DNA from: a virus
Taxonomy: Duplodnaviria > Caudoviricetes
Length of the DNA stretch: 63,208 nt
IMG/VR virus record: IMGVR_UViG_3300030406_003636
Location: 1-63,208 of that record
Strand: one strand, 5' to 3'
Both the position numbers and the translations under genes were made by a program. Shown piece by piece: positions 28,701 through 37,500 of the stretch. The notes under the pieces are model-generated. The model did no database searches and was not told the origin of the DNA. It worked only from the letters and a program-made list of their open reading frames with translations. The stretch's first letter is position 1, and every line of letters begins with the position of its first letter.

Positions 28701-31700
28701 AGACAGAGAGCTTTCATTTAATGCGCAAAACGCTGTGCAATCAGGTGTTACTTCAGACAGTGGAACAAGTACAGTTCTTGAAGTTGTTAGTGAAGTTATA
28801 AATGAAAATACATTTAGTAGTGATAGCCCAGCTGTGTTTGAAACAGAACCAAAACAAGCTGTTGATTTAGATTTATATTACGAAACAAGTAAGACATATC
28901 CAATAGCTGACTTAGCAACAAGTAAAACTTTAGATTATTTTAACTGTTTTTCTTTTGGTAATGGTGTTGAATCAAACAGAATACGTGATGATTTTAATGC
29001 GCCAACTATAGATAAAGGTGTAAGAGTATCTACTGTTTTAGCAGAGCAGTATAGAGAAGAGCACAAGAAAAGTGGTTTAATATACTCTGGTATATATAAT
29101 TCTACAAGCGGTATAAATAGATTAAATCAATTTATTGCTGGTGAAAAAATAACAAAAGATTTAAATCCAGAGTACGGATCAATACAAAAACTACACACAA
29201 GAAACACAGACTTAATAGCTTTATGTGAAGATAAAGTATTAAAAATACTAGCTAATAAAGACGCTTTATTTAATGCGGATGGTAACGTAAACTTAACTTC
29301 AACTAACAATGTTCTTGGCACAGCAATACCATTTGCTGGCGAATATGGTATAGCTAAAAACCCAGAGAGTTTTGCTAGTTACGGCTATAGGGCTTATTTT
29401 ACTGATAAAGCTAGAGGTGTTGTATTAAGATTATCAATGGACGGATTAACTAAAATATCTGACTATGGTATGGGTAATTATTTTACAGATAATTTAACTG
29501 CAGCAACAACGGTATTAGGTACATATGATGAAGATGGTAATAATTACAATGTTACGCTAAATAATGATACTGTAAGTTTTGCTGAATCTATAAACGGCTG
29601 GGAAAGTAGAAAATCGTATATACCAGAAGCTGGTATATCTTTAAATAAAACATACTATACTTTTAGTGGTGGTGATATGTGGAAACATACAGATACAGCT
29701 ACGCGAAATACTTTTTATGGAGGCTCATTTGTTGACTCACAAATAACATTATTACTTAATGACTTACCGTCAAGTATTAAAAAATACAAAACGATAAACT
29801 ACGAAGGTAGTAGATCAAGAGAATATAATGCGTCAGGCGCACAAACAAAAACTGGGTGGTATTTAAACAATATAACAACAGATCAACAGTCTGGTGAAAT
29901 ACAACAGTTTAAAGACAAAGAAAACAAGTGGTATAATTATATAAAAGGTAAAGCTATAAGTGGTGTAGATATTGATACTAAAAATTTTAATATACAAGGC
30001 GTTGGTAAACTATCAGCATTAAGTGGTAATGGACAAAGTTTATTTAATTTAAGCATAACAGTTAATACAACAGGTAAACTTATGACTTTAACTGGTGTTA
30101 GTAGTGACAATGCCGTGTGGACACTAGACGGTAATACAGCTACTTGTACAGGTGTTGGTCAAATAGCAGACACTGATCCTGTAGTGTTAACGTTTACTGC
30201 TGATGAAAACTGTAAACCTCCTTCAGCGCAAAGTGTAGACAGCTTACCATCTGAATTTAATGGCCAACCAGTGTATAACGCTACAAATAATACATTAACT
30301 ATAACGTTTAACAGCGAAACTTTAACTGCAAATAAAAATATAAATATAACACCAAGCGCGGCTTGTCCTGTTGAAACGTTTACAATATCTGGTACTTTTG
30401 ATGTAGATGTTAACAACACAACTGGTAGCAGCTCAACAAACAACGCGTACAGCGGTGATACTGCAAATAACGCTGAATTTAATAATTTGATAGACCAAAC
30501 GTTTACTGCATCAGCAGATCATTATTTTTTTAGTGAACCGCAAATAATATTTACTGACGTTAAGCATCGAGATAATTACAAGGTTATTGTAACAGATACA
30601 AACGATAGTGATGGTAATTTAACAGCTAGGCGTTTTCAAGTTTCATACACAATTAGAGACAAAGAAAGTGTAACTACAGACAAAATAAGGTTTGTAGCTA
30701 GAGCTATAAATAATCAAGCATCAACAGGTAAATTATATAACTTTACTTGTGATCAAACTGATATGAACTTCTTTGGCGCTGAAAGGGTTATAAGTGTTTA
30801 TGGTGATCCTACTGCTACGTATAAATTATCTATATCTGATGGTAGCAATACGTATGATTTTTCTAGTAATACTTTTACAAGTAGCTCTACTGAAAGTGGA
30901 ACATTAACTATAGGTACGCAAGGCTCATCATCTACAACTATTGATTTTCCAAGTGTAACAGCTAACAAAACTTACACAACTACTATAACTGCTGTTGGCG
31001 GTGGGGTTAGTTGGAATACTGGTAACGCTACAACAAGAACATTTACTATTGATCAGAAAAAAGAAGTATTTATAAGGTTTACACCAACAAACGTTAATGC
31101 TATTGATGGGTCAAACGGAAATCAAACAATAACACCAAGTAACATAACAGTTACATCGACTGCTGGCGATACTCAAACGCAACGTGTGTTGTTAGAGTTT
31201 ACTGTAACGGAAACAAACGATATTGTACTATTAAGTACACCACAGTATAGTAGCTTCTCGGGTGATATAGCTTCAACTAATAACACAACTAGAGAGCTAA
31301 CATTAAATGATGGTGGTAAAGTTACTATCGATAATCACAGCATAACATTAGATAACAACTCAACACCTAAATCAGCTACATATAGAGCCACGGCTTTAAT
31401 TTCTCAGTTTGGTACAGATAACGATACTGTTAACATTAATCTCGCTAATCATTTAAGTGCTGGTTTATCTAGCAATCAGTATGTTACATTAGCACCTACT
31501 GTTGCTGCTAATGATGCTGGTGAAACAAACTTAACTGGAGTTACGTTTACATCAGGATCGCAGGTGTTAAGTAGCGCTGATGTTGCAACTGGTACAGGTG
31601 AAGTGACAGGTGATTTTAGCGAATTTAATATTGATGAAGTTACAATAAACGTTCAAGCGATAACAGATAGTAGCCAAATACAAGGTTTTGGTTTAAGCAC

Positions 31701-31851
31701 TAGTACAACTAATTTAGTACAAAGCGTACAGCCTACTTCTTTAACAGCTACTAAAGCAACGTTTAATTGGGCTGCTACATTAATTCCAAATAACACAGTT
31801 GCTAACAACGAATACAATGTAGCTATAAGTGTAGATTTAATTGGTGTATAA
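25702..31851 (+). CDS. Tail stabilisation/nozzle protein (P22 gp10-like) with long beta-rich C-terminal extension
   Basis: MNKDLDERLVP.GEYRDA.N, GNGVESNRIRDDFN, GEYGI..NPESF, FKDKENKWY. Confidence 0.75.
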   Translation: MAELKRNFTSSRMNKDLDERLVPNGEYRDALNISISTSESSDEGSVESIKGNSRIGIQAQDRSFTQTLGITGQKCIGTVRDEEQNKIYWFISGTNVDAIAEYDENTNSVASVFTDLFNFTTSANYTNSPSNTITFNTAQPNIKVGAAISGTNVISGTTVASISADNKTITLSNSGPATISGALSIVNPRALNFSPSMFITAANILDGILYFTDNINEPKQIDINKSKLGTPGFSSSTILRVKSQPQDAALKEHITLIKKSPLNAPNITMSNSLRGGIVNSTFTSASNFFGDTNGSKAPGTELGDIIFSPKPSFEVGDNLKFTHSAVEEAGGETILYEVRVVLTSLESESAVAKTFKSKILSITDDVIHSANVQWDVALEQKDPFFELVFPRFAYRWKYENGQYSAFSPFSEVAFLPDEVNGYKFDSKSGFNKAMVNTVRKITLSTFDTKPKDAVEVDVLFKQSNNTNVYTVKTLKNNEDTIDITSEQIYATVPSNQLIRPYDNVPRKALSQDVVGNRLVFGNYIQNYNIEDEQTDDGKISSTVAFQTNVLSNKITENTPTKSLKAIRKYQLGVIYLDEFGRHTPVFSDDTGVITIDQIQSNTANKIEAKITTPAPSWATHYRYYIKEPSNEYYNLALDRYYEAEDGNVWLSFSSADRNKVDNETFLILKKKHTENVSVFNTSGGTVKYKILDIANEAPTFIKQKKTSLGKITTQFGENSNAAEGFPQKGFLSFKVKGSEINVLKDLNTTSVTDKYIRISTSSNASELYQLSSINVNDAGTTGDLTEAADTWTFNIAEAFGSDIDFVGTGTSKTAGLSLEVLQEEIDENNPEFVGRFFVKVPRDATLDKSILTKAVDRVYKVKNAQNIFKIDTQHDTKADFSDTQLFAIDKSGGFDEDKNALAVGKGAQAGKKTIQLRLIGIGPDKEPHTLFPNVVNLTANAQLDGQLRAPGTLLRWRSDGSTDNVYEIISSSPIKVFNYGTGPIRRKKADNKGIRYTITLDRELSFNAQNAVQSGVTSDSGTSTVLEVVSEVINENTFSSDSPAVFETEPKQAVDLDLYYETSKTYPIADLATSKTLDYFNCFSFGNGVESNRIRDDFNAPTIDKGVRVSTVLAEQYREEHKKSGLIYSGIYNSTSGINRLNQFIAGEKITKDLNPEYGSIQKLHTRNTDLIALCEDKVLKILANKDALFNADGNVNLTSTNNVLGTAIPFAGEYGIAKNPESFASYGYRAYFTDKARGVVLRLSMDGLTKISDYGMGNYFTDNLTAATTVLGTYDEDGNNYNVTLNNDTVSFAESINGWESRKSYIPEAGISLNKTYYTFSGGDMWKHTDTATRNTFYGGSFVDSQITLLLNDLPSSIKKYKTINYEGSRSREYNASGAQTKTGWYLNNITTDQQSGEIQQFKDKENKWYNYIKGKAISGVDIDTKNFNIQGVGKLSALSGNGQSLFNLSITVNTTGKLMTLTGVSSDNAVWTLDGNTATCTGVGQIADTDPVVLTFTADENCKPPSAQSVDSLPSEFNGQPVYNATNNTLTITFNSETLTANKNINITPSAACPVETFTISGTFDVDVNNTTGSSSTNNAYSGDTANNAEFNNLIDQTFTASADHYFFSEPQIIFTDVKHRDNYKVIVTDTNDSDGNLTARRFQVSYTIRDKESVTTDKIRFVARAINNQASTGKLYNFTCDQTDMNFFGAERVISVYGDPTATYKLSISDGSNTYDFSSNTFTSSSTESGTLTIGTQGSSSTTIDFPSVTANKTYTTTITAVGGGVSWNTGNATTRTFTIDQKKEVFIRFTPTNVNAIDGSNGNQTITPSNITVTSTAGDTQTQRVLLEFTVTETNDIVLLSTPQYSSFSGDIASTNNTTRELTLNDGGKVTIDNHSITLDNNSTPKSATYRATALISQFGTDNDTVNINLANHLSAGLSSNQYVTLAPTVAANDAGETNLTGVTFTSGSQVLSSADVATGTGEVTGDFSEFNIDEVTINVQAITDSSQIQGFGLSTSTTNLVQSVQPTSLTATKATFNWAATLIPNNTVANNEYNVAISVDLIGV

Positions 31852-31862
31852 AAAATAATAAC

Positions 31863-32234
31863 ATGGCAGAATTAACATTAACAATAAGCGGAAATATAAA
31901 TAAATCTTTACAGCCAAAAGGTGATGCTTCTTTGGCTGGTCAAGATATAATATACTATGGCGTAACAAGTGGAAACACACCAAATGAAGCTTCTTCTATA
32001 GTAAGGCTAGGCGAATGTGTTAGTGTTAATAGAACAAATAACACTATAGTAGTAGAAGTAGCTAACAGTGTAGTTAGGCCGTCACAAAACGACTTTATAT
32101 TTTTTGGCAAAGACAACCAAGCAAGTACATCAGGTATTTTAGGTTATTACGCAGAGCTAGAAATGAAAAATAATTCAACAGATAAAATCGAACTATTTTC
32201 AGTAGGTACAGAAGTATTTGAAAGTAGCAAATAA
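31863..32234 (+). CDS. Small structural protein
   Basis: GILGYYA...ELFSVG.E..ESSK; follows nozzle gene. Confidence 0.6.
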   Translation: MAELTLTISGNINKSLQPKGDASLAGQDIIYYGVTSGNTPNEASSIVRLGECVSVNRTNNTIVVEVANSVVRPSQNDFIFFGKDNQASTSGILGYYAELEMKNNSTDKIELFSVGTEVFESSK

Positions 32235-32236
32235 CG

Positions 32237-32246
32237 TGTGATTATA
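32237..32246 (+). promoter_or_regulatory. Putative late promoter
   Basis: TGTGATTATA upstream of ejection-protein genes. Confidence 0.4.
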
Positions 32247-32273
32247 TATGTATAAAAATAAAATTAATTAATT

Positions 32274-32993
32274 ATGATTCCACCACAAGCAATAGGAGCA
32301 GTAGCTGAAGCGGCAGGCTCAGCAGTACAAGGTTTAACCAGCATAGCTAGCGGTATAATAGGTAGCGGTGCACGAAGAAGAGAACAAAGACAAGCGCAAG
32401 CTGAGTATGATAGAAACATGCAACAGTTTCAACAGCAAGATACATCTAATTTATATGCAAATATGGAAAACCCATTTGCAGATCTTACTGTCAACCAGCA
32501 GGCTGCAAACTTTGCTAGGCAGCAACAGCAGCAAGCATCAGCTAATTTAATGCAAAACTTACAAGGCGCAGCAGGTGGATCAGGTATTGCGGCTTTGGCA
32601 CAATCATTAGCGCAGCAAGAAGCATCATCAGCGCAAGCTGCAGCAGCAGATATAGGTAGACAAGAAGCGGCAAATCAAGCTAGAACAGCAGGCGCAGCTA
32701 TGGATCTACAAAGGTTGGAAAGGATGGGAGCTGAAACAGCTAGAGGTTTAGAGCTAGATAAAAGAACAACATTATTAGGCATGTCTCAAGAAAGACTAGC
32801 GGCAGCTGATCAAGCGAGAAAAGATGCTACAGGTGCAATTGTTGGTGGTATCGGGCAATTTGCAGGTGGAGCAGCAGCGGCAGGCGCGGCGGCGTCAGCT
32901 GAGTACGATGAAAAAGGTAACCTTACAGGATTTGGTAGTATAGGCGGTGGTTTAAAAAGTTTATTAGGTAAAGGACAAACAACAACAACATAA
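32274..32993 (+). CDS. Internal virion / DNA ejection protein
   Basis: Ala/Gln/Gly-rich helical protein; position typical of podovirus ejection genes. Confidence 0.65.
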   Translation: MIPPQAIGAVAEAAGSAVQGLTSIASGIIGSGARRREQRQAQAEYDRNMQQFQQQDTSNLYANMENPFADLTVNQQAANFARQQQQQASANLMQNLQGAAGGSGIAALAQSLAQQEASSAQAAAADIGRQEAANQARTAGAAMDLQRLERMGAETARGLELDKRTTLLGMSQERLAAADQARKDATGAIVGGIGQFAGGAAAAGAAASAEYDEKGNLTGFGSIGGGLKSLLGKGQTTTT

Positions 32994-32994
32994 A

Positions 32995-34506
32995 ATGGCA
33001 AACGGAAATTTAATACAAGGAGCAAGAAGAATAGGTCAAGCAAGACGTTTTGTTGACTATGGTAAAATATTAGGTGAAAATATTAAAACACCAGCTTTAA
33101 CAAAATTTTTTGAAGAAGCTAGAGCTCAATACTTTCAGAATATAAAAGAAAAAGAGGCTAAGTTAGCTGGCTTTATAAACCAAAAAGCCTACATGGACAC
33201 TTCAAAAATTAACGAATACAACGTTGATATGGCCACTGAATTTTTAACTGGCAAGAGAACAGAATATATAAACGCTGCAAATATAGCAGCTACATCAGCT
33301 GTTGGATCTGAAGAGTATGTTAACGCCGTATCAACTATGAACTCAGTTAATAATTCCATTAAAAACTTTGATGCAGAACTTCAAGCGTGGAGACAACTAG
33401 ACACTGAACAAACACTTGATTTTGATAAAACAAAAATATCAAAAGGTAATTTTAATTATGGCGACATAATGGAAACGATGCAAGATCCTGGATCTGAAAA
33501 CGGACCTAGTTTTAAGGTTGATGCTAGTGGTAGAGTAACAATGATTATAAAAGACGCTGAAGGTAATGTTATAAAAGAACTTAAAAGACAAGAGTATTTT
33601 TTAAAAGCAGATGAAAAAATGGATCAGCTTAGTAAATTAGGTGATGCGTTTAAAACAATGGGAGGTAATAATATGCTTTATGATGAAAACCTTGCTAACA
33701 ACAAAATGCAAATATGGTTAAATGAAGATCATACTAAACTGCTGTCTTTAGCAAGAGATAGTTTTCTTGGCGCGCCAGCTATGATAAAAGATGAAGATTT
33801 AGAAACAGTTATATACGGTGAGTTAACTGGTAGAGAGCTTTTACAAAAAGATAACCAAGCTCAGCTTAAAAACTTTTTAGCAGAAAAATATGGCAATGTT
33901 TTAAGAGAAAGATACAATGCAGGTAAAGCTGATTATACTAATATTCAAAACGAAGCAGAAAGAAAAAGAAGAGAAAAAGAACAAGAAGGTGAGTTAGCTA
34001 TATTAAATAACATACAAAGCATTATAGATCAAAACACTGTTAGCACGGGAATAACAGGTGGTATGGGGCCAGTTGATACACCAGGGCCTTTAGATTACGA
34101 AGTGCTTGACAAGCAGTCTAATGAAAAAATTGTTATGGGTCTAAAAAGTACATATAGTAAATCAGTTAGTGCATATCCTTTCTTAGAAATATTAACTAAA
34201 AAAGAAGCGCTTGAAAACTTCTACCAAAAAGCACAGGATAACCCTGAGCTATATACTGAGAATCCACAGGAAATAGAAGCGTTTTCAAAAAACAACGTAG
34301 CTGGTAAAAAAAGAGCTGAAGAAATTTTTAATAAGCTGTTTAATAATGCTGATATGTATGTTATAAATAATAAAGGCGGCATATCACCGTACCAAGGTAA
34401 CTTGCGTGATCCAAAAGAGATAGCGTTATTTTTAAGCAACAAAGGTTTAATAACGGGTAAACAAATTGAAACGCAGCAAACAATAGCACAAGGCGAACTA
34501 GATTAA
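32995..34506 (+). CDS. Internal virion / ejection protein
   Basis: 503 aa helical; between two ejection genes. Confidence 0.55.
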   Translation: MANGNLIQGARRIGQARRFVDYGKILGENIKTPALTKFFEEARAQYFQNIKEKEAKLAGFINQKAYMDTSKINEYNVDMATEFLTGKRTEYINAANIAATSAVGSEEYVNAVSTMNSVNNSIKNFDAELQAWRQLDTEQTLDFDKTKISKGNFNYGDIMETMQDPGSENGPSFKVDASGRVTMIIKDAEGNVIKELKRQEYFLKADEKMDQLSKLGDAFKTMGGNNMLYDENLANNKMQIWLNEDHTKLLSLARDSFLGAPAMIKDEDLETVIYGELTGRELLQKDNQAQLKNFLAEKYGNVLRERYNAGKADYTNIQNEAERKRREKEQEGELAILNNIQSIIDQNTVSTGITGGMGPVDTPGPLDYEVLDKQSNEKIVMGLKSTYSKSVSAYPFLEILTKKEALENFYQKAQDNPELYTENPQEIEAFSKNNVAGKKRAEEIFNKLFNNADMYVINNKGGISPYQGNLRDPKEIALFLSNKGLITGKQIETQQTIAQGELD

Positions 34507-34510
34507 TAAT

Positions 34511-37500
34511 ATGGCAACACAAAAATTATATAACACTTTAGTAAATCGTGGGTTATATACTAAATCTTTTGACGCATTTAAACAGCAGTTTAATGACCAA
34601 AAATATAGAGAAAAAGTATATAACACTGTCACGCGTGATGGTTTGTATACTAAAGATTTAAATGAGTTTCAAACTCAGTACGCGCCTGACAACGTAAAAG
34701 ATGAAGTAGGTACTATACAAAATTTAGTTGGTGCGCTTGGCGAAGGTTTTGCAGGGCAAATTGGAGGCGGTTTGTCAGACTTAACAGTTGGTTTAGCGTT
34801 AAACACTAAGATGTTTTGGGAAAAAAACTTTGGTGATGGCGATGTTAGCGAAGATGATAAAGCTAGATTTAGAAGAGAAGCTTACCTTGAGAACAAAGAC
34901 AATATATTATTAAATCCTGACTTTTGGAAAGGTGCAGAAGATTATTTTAGAAGCATACAAAAAGAATACGAAGATCCAACAATATCAGAAGCTTTTACTA
35001 AAGCTAGTAGCATTAGTGATTATTTAGAGTTAGGCGAAAGAATAGTAGCTGGTATTTTTAAATCAGCGCCTTCTTTATTAGCTGCGTATTCAGGGCCAGG
35101 CGCTCTAGCTGTATATGGTACTAGTTTAGCTGGTGATAAGTATTTAGAAGAGTTTGATAAAGATCCAACGCAAGCTAATTCAAGATTACTTGCTAGTGCT
35201 ATAGGTACATCTGCCATTGAAGTTGGCTTTGAGTTTGCTACAAGAGGTTTAATGAAACAAGCTGGTTTGGTTGTAAAGCAAGGTAATAAAGAAGCAGCAG
35301 AAGCTATAATAAAAGGTGGTACTAAAACCATGTTCCAAAAGTTTGGTAAACCTTTAGCTCAAGAAGGTGCATCAGAGGCAGCTACTGAATTAACAAGCTT
35401 GATATATGATGCTGCTATATTAAACCCGGATGGCGTATCAGGTATTGACTGGGCAAAAGAAAAATACAGATTATTTGATGCTGGTATAGTAGGGTCAGCT
35501 ATGGGTGGTACTATAGGTTCGTTAGGTAATATAAGTAATCGTAATGAAAGAAGAAGATTAGAACAGATATTAATGCCAGATGAAGTCAAACAGCAAATAG
35601 AAAGCTCTGGTGATAGAATATCTAAATTAGTACGTGAATCAGATGGTGCTGATGCTGATACAAAATCTTTAATTGAAGATCAAATAAACAAAGAAAACAG
35701 AAATATAGTTAAGCTAAAAAATGAAGTATCAACTAAGCTTAACAATATGAATGAAACTGAGCTAAGAACTTATGCAAAAAACAAAAACGAAATAGCTAAA
35801 GTTCAAATGCAACTAAAAAAGCTTGATGTTAATTCTGAAGTATATAAGCCTGTAAAATCAAAATATGATTTATTAATAAAACAAAACTCAACGTTATATA
35901 ATAACGCTACAAAAAGAAGATTACAAGAAGACGTTACATCTGTAAAAAAACTAGCTAAAAAACAAGGTATAAAAAAAGTTAGTGTTTTAGATGATAAAGG
36001 TTTTCAAGACGCATACAAGAATACAGAAGAAGGTAGTAAGTTAAATGATAAACAATTAGCTTTACAAGCTAGCGGCGTGTCTGGGTTTTACGATAAAGCA
36101 ACTAATAGTATTTTTATTAATAAAAACGCTGCTGAAAATTATGGCCAAGTAACTGTTGCTAGCCATGAGTTACTACACCCCGTTTTAAATAAAGTATTTG
36201 GTTCAGGTGAAAGTCAAGCTGCTAAAGTTGCTGATTTTAAAAGTATATTATCTAGTAAACAAAGACGGTTAATGGATCAAGAAATGACCAACCGTGGTTA
36301 TACTAAACAAGAAGAAGCAACAGAATATTTTAATGTATTTCTTGATGCTGTAGCAGATAATAAATCTGAAATAGCTTTTGAGAAAAATTTATTCACACGT
36401 ATAGGTGAGTTTTTAAAATCAATATTTGGAGAGTATAATATTAACAATATGGATTTTGGCGATGCTAACGGTGTATTTAACTTTTTAAAAGCATACCAAG
36501 AAAGCGTTAAGCAAGGAGAGTTTACGCAAGAAGTTTCTGATATTATAGGAGATTTAAGTGACTTGCAAGATCTCGATGCTACTGGAAAACAAGACTCAAG
36601 AAACGCATCAGATCAGGTACAGCAAATATATCAACTACAGGGTCCAGCTGGTGCATTTGATATTATAGAGTTATTTAAGCCCATTACAAATAAAATAGTA
36701 GAGAAACGTAGAGGAGCGCCTAACTTTGATAAAACTTTATTAACAGAAGAAATAGAAACGGGTGAACGTGGCATTATAGACTTAATTAACGAGTACAAGC
36801 CAGACTCTGGTGTACCATTAGCAGCGTATATAAATAAGTTTTTACCGGCTAGGGCTATTGAAGCTTCACGTAGAATTTTAGGTGAAGAGTTTACAACAGA
36901 CATTGATGAAGCTAGAGGCATTGCGGCAGAAGAAGTTGCAGCGCCTGAAATAGAAACAAAGCCAAAAGCTAGACAAATAAATCCTATAGATTTAGCTAGA
37001 GATGAAACTATAAAAGAACAATATACTGAAGAGGTTGTTAGCGCTTTACAAGATGTAAATTTAGAAAAAGCAAATTTTAAAAACTTAAAAGATTTAGCCT
37101 CAACAATAACAGCTAAAATATTTAATGTACCAGCAAAGAAAATTACTGATGCTACAGCTAATTTAACTAAGCAAGAAAAAGAAAATGCCTTAAAATTTAT
37201 TAGAGCTAACGCGTTAGATTTAATTGCTTTATTACCTGAAGGCGCAGTAACAGAAGCTGCTACAGAAAAATTAATTGGTACTTCTACAGGTGTACCAAAG
37301 AGTTTGTTAAATAAATTTTACACAAAACAAAGTAGAATAACAAAAGGTGCTGGGCTATCACCGTTTACTAAAAACGCTAACATAAACAAAAAAGAGTTTT
37401 TAGAAGCTTTTGGTATCGTTGAAGGTAAAAAATCTACAGACTTTGGACCAAGAACACCTGAAGCTCAAGCTGTTAAAGCTATGATGTCATTATATGGTAA

